Shown: piece after piece, positions 18,737 through 29,027 of the stretch
How positions within the stretch are numbered: position 1 is the stretch's first letter
How the letters are laid out: each line of letters begins with the position of its first letter
DNA from: a virus
Virus record (IMG/VR): IMGVR_UViG_3300027708_000063
Span: 7,222-71,221 of that record
Strand: one strand, 5' to 3'
DNA length: 64,000 nucleotides
Position numbers and translations under genes: made by a program
Notes under the pieces: generated by a model
Seen by the model: the letters and a program-made list of their open reading frames with translations, nothing else
Databases searched by the model: none
Told to the model about the DNA's origin: nothing

Positions 18737-20727
18737 TGGCAACAACTATAACTAGATTATTATCTACTGGAATACTTCAAACAAATGTTGTGTTGGATGA
18801 AGTGACACAGTTTACGATTAAAAATTTGTTAATATACACTGATCAATTTAACAATGTGGTGTGGGGTAAACAGCGATCAAGCATAGGTGCAATTGATACA
18901 ATTGCTGCACCAAATGGTACATTTACTGCTGAAAAACTCATCGAAGATACTTCAACAACATCAACCCATTATATAAACAGTACCTACGCATCGTCAGTTG
19001 GTTTGCCAACTGGATCGATATATGTCAAAGCGGGCGAGAGGACATTCTGTGAATTACGAATAATTCTTAATGGTGGCGGAGGTTTTGCCTCAAATTCATT
19101 AGTTGTAAATTTATCAACTGGAGCAATTACAACGGGCGTGGGAACAGTTACTGATGCAGGTAACGGATGGTATCGAATATCAGCAACTGCAACAACTAGC
19201 GGCACCAACTACGCTATTAGATTGGGAATATTTCAATCAAGCAGCGTATTTTTATACACTGGGGACGGAGCAAGTGGATTATACATATGGGGTGCTCAAC
19301 TTGAAGATACTTCTTCAGTAACTCTATATCAGGGCATCGGCACAACTGGTACAATAGTTACTCCTAATTATTCAGTTAGGGCGACTACTTCTAGTGTCTA
19401 CGCTGTGCAGTTTGACGAAGTCACGCAGCAACCTATTAAAAATTTATTAACATACACTGAAGAATTTAATAATTCCATATGGTCAAAGGCGGGTCCGCCC
19501 TCAATAATAGCAAACTCTATAGCTGCGCCTACCGGAACACTAACAGCAGACAAATTTAATTTATCAACAGTTACAAATTCATTTTATATAAGCCAGGATA
19601 CTTCTGTAACATCTGGAACTACCTACACGCAGTCAATTTACGCCAAAGCTGGCGAACAAACAATATTGCAAATTACACCGTCAAGCGGTTTTACTTATGG
19701 AACAAACTATGTTAACTTTGATCTAAGTAGCGGGACAATCCAAACGCAAGTTGGTAATGATGCAGTATCAATAACATCTGCAGGCAATGGATGGTATCGT
19801 TGTAGATATACACAATCTGCTACAACTTCATACTCTGGCGGTCGTATGTTATTTGTGTTAACTAATGGTAATGCTGGTAGACTACCCACATTTACTGGAA
19901 CCACAGGATCGGGGATTTACCTCTGGGGCGCACAACTTGAACCAACCACACAAGCAACTCCGTATCAAGGAATAAGTTCTACTGGTACAATAATAACTCC
20001 AGACTTCGCTGATCGTAAAACCAGTACTGGAACATATCTAGTCAGTGGATATTTTGATGAATTTACTGGCGCGCCGGTTGTAGATTCGAGTTTAGTATTA
20101 TGGTTAGATCCTGTACAATCTGCAAGCTATTCTGGAACTGGCACAGTATGGTCTGACCTAAGCACAACTCGTAATAGTTCTACGCTAACCAATGCAACTT
20201 TTAATACTTTAGTTGCAGGTGGCAGTTTTAATTTCAGCGGAACTGCATATGCCACACTGGCATCTAAAATGTCAGACACTGGGTCAAGAACAGTGGTGAT
20301 TGTATTTAGAACAACCACCACTGCTACTAGGACGGGTCTTATTTCAACTAGAGATACTCTTGGCGGCTGGTTTATAGCGCTGAATCGATCAGGTGCAGGT
20401 GGAATTGACTATTGCCATAATAACGTTGCTCTTGGAGCAACAACATCAACGGGTGTAATTTCGTCTAACACGTGGTATATTGCCACATCTAGATATGATA
20501 CAGCAACAGGATTTGCTGATATATATTTAAATACTACTTTGGTATCTGGACCAACTTTGATGAGTTCAGTCATAGCTTCCACAGGCACTAGTTATGTGGC
20601 AAGGGAGATCAATAGTCCAACAACACACCAGGGAGGTATTGGTGCTGTCATGGTGTATAATCGAGCACTGGCGTCTGATGAAATTGCCGCTAATTTTAGT
20701 GCCCTGCGTCAAAGATACGGTTTATAA
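18736..20727 (+). CDS. Virion protein with two carbohydrate-binding-like repeats and a C-terminal LamG domain
   Basis: Two 'KNLLxYT..FNN..W...AP.GT.TA.K...SIY.KAGE...GNGWYR...YxWGAQLE' repeats and a terminal 'MVYNRAL..EI..NF..LR.RYG'. Confidence 0.75.
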   Translation: MATTITRLLSTGILQTNVVLDEVTQFTIKNLLIYTDQFNNVVWGKQRSSIGAIDTIAAPNGTFTAEKLIEDTSTTSTHYINSTYASSVGLPTGSIYVKAGERTFCELRIILNGGGGFASNSLVVNLSTGAITTGVGTVTDAGNGWYRISATATTSGTNYAIRLGIFQSSSVFLYTGDGASGLYIWGAQLEDTSSVTLYQGIGTTGTIVTPNYSVRATTSSVYAVQFDEVTQQPIKNLLTYTEEFNNSIWSKAGPPSIIANSIAAPTGTLTADKFNLSTVTNSFYISQDTSVTSGTTYTQSIYAKAGEQTILQITPSSGFTYGTNYVNFDLSSGTIQTQVGNDAVSITSAGNGWYRCRYTQSATTSYSGGRMLFVLTNGNAGRLPTFTGTTGSGIYLWGAQLEPTTQATPYQGISSTGTIITPDFADRKTSTGTYLVSGYFDEFTGAPVVDSSLVLWLDPVQSASYSGTGTVWSDLSTTRNSSTLTNATFNTLVAGGSFNFSGTAYATLASKMSDTGSRTVVIVFRTTTTATRTGLISTRDTLGGWFIALNRSGAGGIDYCHNNVALGATTSTGVISSNTWYIATSRYDTATGFADIYLNTTLVSGPTLMSSVIASTGTSYVAREINSPTTHQGGIGAVMVYNRALASDEIAANFSALRQRYGL

Positions 20728-20760
20728 TCCAACTTAAAAATAAAAAATAAATAAAAAATC

Positions 20761-23700
20761 ATGGCAAAACTTTTATCTGGCACAAGAATATATGGCACCG
20801 CAACTATTGACACACAGTTAATTGTTAGCGGTACTGCTGCGTCCACATCAACTACTACTGGTGCGTTAACCGTTTCTGGGGGTGTGGGCATTGCCGGCGG
20901 CGTGTATGTTGGCGGCACTATTACTGCAACATTATTTGTTGGGTCTTTAACTGGAATTGCCACCACAAGTGGATATGCCCTAAGTTTCAACACTGGTACA
21001 TTGGTGGCCAATGCAGTAAGTGCAACTACTAGTTCATTTGCCACCACTGCTTCATATGCACTGGCATTCAACACTGGTACATTGGTGGCCAATGCAGTAA
21101 GTGCAACTACTAGTTCATTTGCCACCACTGCTTCATATGCCCTAAGTTTCAACACTGGTACATTGGTGACACAGGCAGTAAGTGCAACTACTAGTTCATT
21201 TGCCACCACTGCTTCATATGCACTGGCATTCAACACTGGTACATTGGTGGCCAATGCAGTAAGTGCCACATCGTTAGTATCTGGCACTTGGACATTTATT
21301 GTCAGTTCAACTGGGTCCGTAACATTAAATGGCACACCATTTGTCAGTGGCAGCACTGGGGCTAGTGGTACAGGAACTACCACAACGTTTGTAATATCAA
21401 ACGTCACAGCAAGTACTGGAACAAATTCAGGTGCATTACAAGTAGCGGGCGGCGTTGGCATTGGTGGAAACTTAAACGTAGGTGACACAACTACCGTATT
21501 AAGTACATTGGCCAGTACCAGTAGTGTTCAAAGTAACGCATTATATGTTGCTGGGGGATTAGGAGTTGGCTCGTCTCTATATGTTACTGGTCCTGCTGTG
21601 TTCAATAACAATGTTACATTTGCTGGCACTACTACGTATGTATACAGTACTAATACAGTTTACACTGACAACTTGATTGAATTGCATAGTCCTGGACAAT
21701 CTACGTCTACCTGGGCAGTAAACGACGGCAAAGATATTGGATTCAAATTCCATTATTATAATGGAGGTGATCAAAACGCAGCACTGGTCTTGGCCAATGA
21801 CACCAAATACTTAGAATGGTATAACACTGGTGTTGAATCCACCGGGACTGCTTCAACATTTATCAGTGAAACTTACGGCACATTCAAATTGGGCAGTATC
21901 ATTCTGGCTAACACCACGGTATCTAATTCAACCACAACGGGTGCATTAGTTGTTACAGGTGGTGTGGGCATTGGTGGCGACTTATATGTTGGTGGGGCTG
22001 TAACTGCAACCTCCATAACTGTTAGTGCATTATCCGCTTTTAATGCTCCTGCTACTGGTAGAATATCGTTTGGTACAGTTAGCCCAACGACCATCTACGC
22101 AGATCCTCTTCAAATACTATTACAACCAGGTAACGCTGGAAATGCCTTAACGATTAATCCTGCAGGAAGAGTTTCTACATCAACTTTGACAGGAGCATTA
22201 GTAGTAAATGGCGGAGTCGGTATCAGTGGTGATTTAAATGTCGGCGGCACCGTTACTGCTACTAATATCTATGTAAATGAGTATGCTGTTAGTACTACCA
22301 CATTCAACACCAGCACATTGGTAGCACAGGCAGTATCAGCTACAACATCAAACTATGCCACTACCAGTGGATATGCTCTAAGTTTCAATACATCAACATT
22401 GGTAGCACAGGCAGTATCAGCTACCACTAGTTCATTTGCCACTACCAGTGGATATGCTCTAAGTTTCAATACATCAACATTGGTAGCACAGGCAGTATCA
22501 GCTACCACTAGTTCATTTGCCACTACCAGTGGATATGCTCTAAGTTTCAATACATCAACATTGGTAGCACAGGCAGTCAGTGCAACCTCTTTAGTAGTTG
22601 GCACTTATACTTTTGCATTGAGTTCAACTGGATCAGTGACATTAAATGGCGCTCCGTTTGTCAGTGGTAGCGGTTCTACAGCAGCCAGCGGCACTGGAAC
22701 TACCACAACTTTTGTCATATCTAATGCCACAGCAAGTACTGGAACAAATTCAGGTGCCCTACAAGTGGTTGGTGGTGTAGGCATTGGCGGTAACTTGAAC
22801 GTGGGCGGCACCGTAACAGGTGGTGGTGTAAGAACCACAACTACCAGTACAAATCCCTCAAATCCCACAGTGGGGGATATATGGTACAACACCGCCAACG
22901 ATGTCATATATAGCTATACTTACGATGGTACCAATTCATATTGGATTGATGTTAATGGACCCTATAATAACGACAATGTATTTTTTGGATTGATTGCAGG
23001 TGCAGATATTAATGTTGACTATTTAACTATTTCAAATAGTAGTACATTGCAATCAGTTACTGGGCGGGGAGCGTCAACCACAGCGGCCGTGAAGTTTAAC
23101 AACGCAACTCAAACGATTGGAACAGATTCGGGTGCAGTAATTGTAGCAGGTGGTGTGGGTGTTAATGGTGGTATATATGTTGGCGGAAATTTATATGCCG
23201 CTGGTACAATTACAGCAACCAACGCAGTTAGCATTACAAATACTAAAGCATCAACCAGTACCACTACAGGTGCGCTAACTGTCACAGGAGGCGTGGGCAT
23301 CGGCGGTGCCTTATATGTGTCCAATACCAGTTATATAGCGGGAGCACAGATATTAACTACAGTTACAGGTGTTGCTGCTCTTGTTGCTGGTACTGATACT
23401 GCGATATCTTCTTCTACTGGAGTTGTAACTTTTTGGAGTAATGGAACACTTCAGACTGTGACTGGCCGTGGCGCAACAACTAATAATGCTATCTTAATTA
23501 ACAATGCTACTGCAAGCACAGGGGTTGGCACAGGTGCATTACAAGTTACTGGAGGTGTCGGTGTTGCCGGCAACTTAGCTGTCGGCGGAACAACAATTTT
23601 ACAGCAGGCTCAAGAGGTCATGGTGCCAGTATCCAGTCCAGGTACAAATGCAACATTAAATTTTACCAACGGTGCTATATTTTACGTTACAGGTATGACC

Positions 23701-23964
23701 AGCAATTTTACAGCAACATTCATTAATGTACCTACTAGTGCCAACTATGTGTACGCTACCAGTTTGATATTAGTGCAAAATACAACCACTGCCTACAGTA
23801 TAGCCAGTGTGGTCAGTATCAATGGTACAACTAGTACTGTACGTTGGGCCGGTGGATCTACTGCTACAGTTACTACCAGCCGAACAGATATAATCAGTAT
23901 TACTCTTATAGCCACTGGCACTAATGCCTATACTGTGCTGGCCAGCGGCGGAGAATACTACTAA
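20761..23964 (+). CDS. Tail fibre protein with internal repeats
   Basis: MAKLLSGTRIYG start, many GALxVxGGVGIGG motifs, two SFNTxTLV arrays and 'P..GDIWY'. Confidence 0.8.
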   Translation: MAKLLSGTRIYGTATIDTQLIVSGTAASTSTTTGALTVSGGVGIAGGVYVGGTITATLFVGSLTGIATTSGYALSFNTGTLVANAVSATTSSFATTASYALAFNTGTLVANAVSATTSSFATTASYALSFNTGTLVTQAVSATTSSFATTASYALAFNTGTLVANAVSATSLVSGTWTFIVSSTGSVTLNGTPFVSGSTGASGTGTTTTFVISNVTASTGTNSGALQVAGGVGIGGNLNVGDTTTVLSTLASTSSVQSNALYVAGGLGVGSSLYVTGPAVFNNNVTFAGTTTYVYSTNTVYTDNLIELHSPGQSTSTWAVNDGKDIGFKFHYYNGGDQNAALVLANDTKYLEWYNTGVESTGTASTFISETYGTFKLGSIILANTTVSNSTTTGALVVTGGVGIGGDLYVGGAVTATSITVSALSAFNAPATGRISFGTVSPTTIYADPLQILLQPGNAGNALTINPAGRVSTSTLTGALVVNGGVGISGDLNVGGTVTATNIYVNEYAVSTTTFNTSTLVAQAVSATTSNYATTSGYALSFNTSTLVAQAVSATTSSFATTSGYALSFNTSTLVAQAVSATTSSFATTSGYALSFNTSTLVAQAVSATSLVVGTYTFALSSTGSVTLNGAPFVSGSGSTAASGTGTTTTFVISNATASTGTNSGALQVVGGVGIGGNLNVGGTVTGGGVRTTTTSTNPSNPTVGDIWYNTANDVIYSYTYDGTNSYWIDVNGPYNNDNVFFGLIAGADINVDYLTISNSSTLQSVTGRGASTTAAVKFNNATQTIGTDSGAVIVAGGVGVNGGIYVGGNLYAAGTITATNAVSITNTKASTSTTTGALTVTGGVGIGGALYVSNTSYIAGAQILTTVTGVAALVAGTDTAISSSTGVVTFWSNGTLQTVTGRGATTNNAILINNATASTGVGTGALQVTGGVGVAGNLAVGGTTILQQAQEVMVPVSSPGTNATLNFTNGAIFYVTGMTSNFTATFINVPTSANYVYATSLILVQNTTTAYSIASVVSINGTTSTVRWAGGSTATVTTSRTDIISITLIATGTNAYTVLASGGEYY
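20960..21270 (+). repeat. In-frame 81-bp tandem repeat (YALxFNTGTLVANAVSATTSSFATTAS)
   Basis: Directly visible, same family as 15575-15870. Confidence 0.85.
22302..22590 (+). repeat. In-frame 81-bp tandem repeat (YALSFNTSTLVAQAVSATTSSFATTSG)
   Basis: Directly visible, same family as the arrays above. Confidence 0.85.
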
Positions 23965-23974
23965 GTTTTAGATC

Positions 23975-24685
23975 ATGCCTAGATTCAGCAGTTTACCTGA
24001 TCAGCTACTTACAGGGAGAAATTTTCGCCCCACAGTTGCGGCACCAGCCGGATACTCCATACTAAGTGGAACAAAAGCGCCACCGTTGGGATCGGGAGCT
24101 CAATCAGTATTTCCAGCAAGTGGGTGGACCTCTTTGTATAACGGCACCGTCGATGATGCTTATGCTACCGTACCCCTACCGTTCACTTTTCGATTCAATA
24201 CTGGTAGTTATACTCAGTTTTTTGGAGGTTCAAATGCCTATATTACATTTGGTACTGGGTCAACTGCTTACAGCGGTCTAGGAACAAGTAATCCCCCATA
24301 TGATAAAATCATGATCGCTGCGGCTGACAATTCTTATCAAAGAGTGAGCTACATCACGGACACTAGTAATCGATGGGTTAGATATAGACAGGAGGGCACT
24401 GCTACTACAAGCGGAAGTGCAGGTTCACCAAATATGGTTTATGAAGTTACTTTTTTCAATCCCACATTTAGCGGGGGAAATTCACTAATTGAATTATTAG
24501 TAGGCCAACAAGCCAGATCCGGCGGTTTAAGCGGAATTTACAGCGCAAGTGCATTATTAACTGGAGGTACTATCGCTTCTAATACTGGTGTTGCTGCAAA
24601 TCAAAGTTATGTGTTATTGGGGAACTCTACCGGCTTAACTTGGACTGTTTACACAGGATATTATGTGGGCGGTACTAATTATTAA
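23975..24685 (+). CDS. Virion/fibre-tip protein (beta-sandwich, 'DDA...LPFTFRF' module)
   Basis: 'VDDAYATVPLPFTFRF...SNAYITFG' motif, in a fibre gene cluster. Confidence 0.55.
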   Translation: MPRFSSLPDQLLTGRNFRPTVAAPAGYSILSGTKAPPLGSGAQSVFPASGWTSLYNGTVDDAYATVPLPFTFRFNTGSYTQFFGGSNAYITFGTGSTAYSGLGTSNPPYDKIMIAAADNSYQRVSYITDTSNRWVRYRQEGTATTSGSAGSPNMVYEVTFFNPTFSGGNSLIELLVGQQARSGGLSGIYSASALLTGGTIASNTGVAANQSYVLLGNSTGLTWTVYTGYYVGGTNY

Positions 24686-24764
24686 CCAACCATTGTATGT
24701 AATTCTACCTATTATCTAGGTCTACTACTGCATAAATACTAGACCTACAACAAGCAAATAACCC

Positions 24765-25556
24765 ATGTCATTCCCTAGTTCTCCCATAGATCGCCAGCAG
24801 GCAACGGTCAACAATATCAAATACTTCTATAGCACCTCTGCGCAGGCGTGGACTAGAGTTGCTATGCAGAGTATGAGTATTGCCGGTACTACCAGCACCT
24901 TTATAGTATCAAATTCTTCTCAATCTACCTCATCAAATTCGGGAGCACTACAGGTAACTGGTGGTGCAGGCATCGGTGGATCTTTATATGTGGCCAATAC
25001 CAGTTACATTGCTGGCGCAGAAGTTATTACCACAGCTAGTATTAGTAATTATGCAGCGGCCAATGTTGTTTCAACAGGCACCACTGGCACATTTTTAATA
25101 TCGAATGTTGCCGCTAGTAATAGTACCAATACAGGAGCATTACAAATCGTAGGAGGCGTCGGCATTGGCGGCAATTTATATGTTGGCGGCAACGTTTATG
25201 CAGCCAATTTGACAGATCCGATTGTAGTTAATGACATCAGTACACAGTTTAATGGAGTCAACACTGTATTTGCGCTCAAGCAGGATCAGACCAGTATAAA
25301 TACCATAGTTGATTCTAAAGACTTAGAAGTGGTAATTAACGGTGCAAGACTAACACCATATGTTAAAACTTTAACGTATCCTTGGTTAACACCATATGAT
25401 TCGTTCAAGGGATTTAGAGTAAGTGGCAATAATTTAATTATATACAATGCACCTGCGATAGGAGACAGTGCAGCAGTAATAGTAAGAAGTATTTCTACAT
25501 CAATACAAACAAGGAAGTATCCATATTCGGCGACCACAATCGCATTCGGAGATTAA
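24765..25556 (+). CDS. Virion structural/fibre-associated protein
   Basis: MSFPSSP..Q start, GALQVxGGxGIGG repeats and a 'NDISTQFNG...F.L' module. Confidence 0.65.
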   Translation: MSFPSSPIDRQQATVNNIKYFYSTSAQAWTRVAMQSMSIAGTTSTFIVSNSSQSTSSNSGALQVTGGAGIGGSLYVANTSYIAGAEVITTASISNYAAANVVSTGTTGTFLISNVAASNSTNTGALQIVGGVGIGGNLYVGGNVYAANLTDPIVVNDISTQFNGVNTVFALKQDQTSINTIVDSKDLEVVINGARLTPYVKTLTYPWLTPYDSFKGFRVSGNNLIIYNAPAIGDSAAVIVRSISTSIQTRKYPYSATTIAFGD

Positions 25557-25562
25557 TTAAAA

Positions 25563-28457
25563 ATGGCAAAACACGTAATATTAGAAGCGTATACTTTTAA
25601 CAGAGATACAAAAACAATCACCGTAACTGGTAAAAACATCAGAAAAGAACAATTATTGTTGATCACTAATGTGACTTCAAACGCAGTAATTTATAATTTT
25701 TCAGATCCTACATTAGGTGGCACAGTGTCCAATGCAGTCAGCTCGACTACTGGTCAAGAAACTACTACTATTATTTTAACTTATAACACTGCTGGAATGA
25801 ATTCAGCAGACAAGTTGGCTATTATGGTTGAGGAAACTTATCAGGAAATAATAGCAGCAGAAACTATGCGTGATCCAGTTGACAAATTACGTGTTTCAAC
25901 TCCGCAGGCCCTGATTGACACTGACTTTGAATATGGCATGCAACCCACCAAATGGGAAAGTGTGGTATTGCTCAACAACAGACCTAGTGCTTTCTATGAC
26001 TTTACTCAAGGTATCAACTATAATTCATATGCCGCCAGTTTTGTGGGACGCGGTAACGTGGAATCCAGTGGAAACTATTCTGTAACCAACGTCACTGCTA
26101 GTTCAAAAGTGGTTACTGTGAGTGTGCCCAATACCACAGGTATCACTGTTGGGACTCCAATCTATGTTCAGGGCACATTGGATGATGCCAATGCTGGCGG
26201 TTGGTGGATTGTTGAAACAGTCTCTGGTAATAATAACTTTACCTATACCTGTACAAATACTCCTGCAACAAGTTTATACGATGCAAATAAAACATACATT
26301 TTTATGGCCTATTTCTTCACAGGTTCTGCTATTCCTGTGTCAGCATCAGCTGGACTAGCAATCAGTTTGAGCGGTACAGTTGGCACAGTAACCACCACAA
26401 ATGATCACGGTTTTCGAGTAGGAGATGCTTTTTATATTGTTGGTACAACTGGTGCAACCGGCACGTTAAATTCCAGTTGGATAGTGGCTACAACACCTAC
26501 TAATACTACATTTACATTTGCATGTACAGCGACTGGTACCATCACTGCCTCAGCAGGTGCAACAGCTACTTTGTATCCAAGAGCGCTGGGATATATACAA
26601 CACAGGGCATATGACGGTGGAGTACAGTTTACCAACTTAGTTCCTTATCATGGATATCAAGTTATTCGTCAAACACGTAGGCAATTCCGTTATCAATCTG
26701 GTAAAGGTATTCAATTTTCAACAGGCAGTATTCTTAAACCAACGTTACAAGTTGAAACAATTACCGGTAGCGGTACCGTTGCCACAGTAACTAGCAAACA
26801 GCCGCATGGATTGCTCCCAGGTGCATTTGCGATTGTGAGCGGATGTAATGAATCCAATTTCAACGGAATCGTTCAGGTTCAAACTGCTCCTAATTCGTTG
26901 CAATTTACATATAACATTGTGTCATACACAGGCACTGCTACGGGTAACCCGGTAGTGGGTCCGAACAGTTGGTATGGCGCTTCCAACCGTGTGGGTATGT
27001 TTGATAATCAAAACGGATTCTATTTTGAATTTGACGGTCAAACAATTTATGCTGTAAAAAGATCCAGTACATTTCAAATTAGTGGCAATATTGCTGTTAA
27101 CAGCGGAACACAGACTATTGTTGGAACTAATACCAAATTTAGTCAACAATTGGTTCCGGGAGATTATGTTGTAATTCGCGGAAAAAGTTATCTAGTTCAA
27201 CAAGTCAACAGTGACGCAGCTATGACCATTTACCCTGAATACAGAGGCAGTTCAAACAGTACCAACACTGTGGTAAGTAAAACTATTAACCTCCGTTACC
27301 CGCAAAGTTCTTGGAACATTGACAAGATGGACGGCACCGGCGCCAGTTTAATGAATTTGGATCTGACCAAGATGCAGATGTTTTATGCGGACTATACTTG
27401 GTACGGTGCTGGTGCAATTAGATTTGGATTTAAAAATAATCGCGGCGAAGTTGTATACTGCCATAGAATTCCCAACAATAACATAAATACTGAAGCGTAT
27501 ATGCGTTCTGGTAACTTGGTTGCTCGATATGAAGTCAATCACTTTTCATACTACACATATCTAACCGCAAACTTATCAAACTTGGCCACAACCGGTGCTA
27601 GTATTTCAGTAGGTGATACTACAGGGTGGCCCAGTACAGGGACAGTGGTATTGACCAGTTCTAGTGCAACTAATGCATCAATTGAATATATTTCATACAG
27701 CGCAAAAACAGCAAATTCATTAACTATCGCTAATCGTGCCCTAACTGGCGGAACTAGCACAAGTGTAACATTTAATTTGGCTGGTGTAACAACGGGTAGC
27801 CCCGGTGGAACCGCTATGGTCAAAGCAGAACTGTACAGTCCACAGGCCGCTAGTGTTATCAGTCATTGGGGTAGTTCTGTTATTATGGACGGACGTTACG
27901 ATGATGATAAATCTTTGGTGTTCAACGCGGGCTCATTGACTGCGATGGCCAACTTAGCTCAGAACACTCGTCAGCCTATCTTAAGTATTCGAATCGCTCC
28001 TAGTGTGGATAACGGTATTACTGGTCTCATAGGCGTTCGAGAAATTATTAACCGTATGCAATTGACCCTGCGTCAAATGGACGTTTATACCAGCGGTACT
28101 GCATTCAAGATGGAAATTTTCTTGAATGGTAGATTAAGTGGTGGTACATTTGCTCCACTTGGTGGATCAAGTTTAGCACAGGTAGCTTATCATTCAGTTG
28201 GACAAACTATTTCAGGCGGCGAGGCTATATTTGGATTCTTTACCAGCAATAGCGGCAGTGTTACGCAAGATTTGTCAATTGTTCGAGATATTGGCGCAAG
28301 TATTTTGAGCGGCGGAAACACTTTTACGGTGCCTAATACTCCGGCAAACTTATATCCAGATGGTCCTGATGTTATTACAATTTGCTGTACTAATATTACT
28401 AATCAAACGTCAAACTCAATCAACAGTCGTTTGAGCTGGACAGAAGCACAGGCTTAA
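25563..28457 (+). CDS. Large virion structural protein (baseplate/fibre-associated)
   Basis: 964 aa, Thr/Gly-rich, with repeated 'VT...HG...G' beta modules and 'RVSTPQALIDTDFEYG.Q.TKWE'. Confidence 0.65.
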   Translation: MAKHVILEAYTFNRDTKTITVTGKNIRKEQLLLITNVTSNAVIYNFSDPTLGGTVSNAVSSTTGQETTTIILTYNTAGMNSADKLAIMVEETYQEIIAAETMRDPVDKLRVSTPQALIDTDFEYGMQPTKWESVVLLNNRPSAFYDFTQGINYNSYAASFVGRGNVESSGNYSVTNVTASSKVVTVSVPNTTGITVGTPIYVQGTLDDANAGGWWIVETVSGNNNFTYTCTNTPATSLYDANKTYIFMAYFFTGSAIPVSASAGLAISLSGTVGTVTTTNDHGFRVGDAFYIVGTTGATGTLNSSWIVATTPTNTTFTFACTATGTITASAGATATLYPRALGYIQHRAYDGGVQFTNLVPYHGYQVIRQTRRQFRYQSGKGIQFSTGSILKPTLQVETITGSGTVATVTSKQPHGLLPGAFAIVSGCNESNFNGIVQVQTAPNSLQFTYNIVSYTGTATGNPVVGPNSWYGASNRVGMFDNQNGFYFEFDGQTIYAVKRSSTFQISGNIAVNSGTQTIVGTNTKFSQQLVPGDYVVIRGKSYLVQQVNSDAAMTIYPEYRGSSNSTNTVVSKTINLRYPQSSWNIDKMDGTGASLMNLDLTKMQMFYADYTWYGAGAIRFGFKNNRGEVVYCHRIPNNNINTEAYMRSGNLVARYEVNHFSYYTYLTANLSNLATTGASISVGDTTGWPSTGTVVLTSSSATNASIEYISYSAKTANSLTIANRALTGGTSTSVTFNLAGVTTGSPGGTAMVKAELYSPQAASVISHWGSSVIMDGRYDDDKSLVFNAGSLTAMANLAQNTRQPILSIRIAPSVDNGITGLIGVREIINRMQLTLRQMDVYTSGTAFKMEIFLNGRLSGGTFAPLGGSSLAQVAYHSVGQTISGGEAIFGFFTSNSGSVTQDLSIVRDIGASILSGGNTFTVPNTPANLYPDGPDVITICCTNITNQTSNSINSRLSWTEAQA

Positions 28458-28472
28458 TTATAGGAAATTATA

Positions 28473-29018
28473 ATGTCATCAAGAGTAGCTATTCAGCAAA
28501 CAGTTTCAACTTATGCACCCACGGGTGCAGCACTGGGTGATGAATGGCTCAACCCTAGTACTGGTGTTTTATCAAAACGAACACTAGTAAACGGAGTTGT
28601 GAATTGGATAACTTTAATTACTAGCACTTACACAGCACCTACTGGAGCAATTGTCGGTACTAGCGATACTCAAACCCTAACTAACAAGCGTATTAATACC
28701 AGAATTATTGGACCAATTAGCTCTACAAATTACACAGTAAACAGCGATACAGCAGATACCATTATTGTTACGCCACCGGCAGGAGGTATTGTGATTGGTG
28801 CTGACACTGGAACTCCTACCGATGGGCAAAAGTTGCTGTTTCGTATGTATTCGGTTAATTCAGTTAATTTAACTTTTATTTCTGGAATACAGGGCTTTAG
28901 GCCTCTGGGAGTTATAGTTCCAGGTACGACAGTTGCAGGAAAAGTGATGTACATTGGATGCATGTATAATTTAGCTGATGCAATCTGGGATATTGTTGCT
29001 TATAGTGTACAAGCATAA
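28473..29018 (+). CDS. Fibre-associated structural protein
   Basis: 'GTSDTQTLTNKRI', 'GTPTDGQKL' and a C-terminal 'YIGCMYN....WD.VA' motif. Confidence 0.6.
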   Translation: MSSRVAIQQTVSTYAPTGAALGDEWLNPSTGVLSKRTLVNGVVNWITLITSTYTAPTGAIVGTSDTQTLTNKRINTRIIGPISSTNYTVNSDTADTIIVTPPAGGIVIGADTGTPTDGQKLLFRMYSVNSVNLTFISGIQGFRPLGVIVPGTTVAGKVMYIGCMYNLADAIWDIVAYSVQA

Positions 29019-29027
29019 AGGAAAACA

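Noticed and set aside
14252-22590. Tandem repeats read as CRISPR or DGR template/variable repeats
   Set aside because: They are in-frame coding repeats without unique spacers, the differences are not adenine-specific, and no reverse transcriptase is present in the window.
20709-23324. Long minus-strand ORFs within the fibre genes
   Set aside because: They are antisense shadows caused by the repetitive Thr/Ala/Gly codon content.
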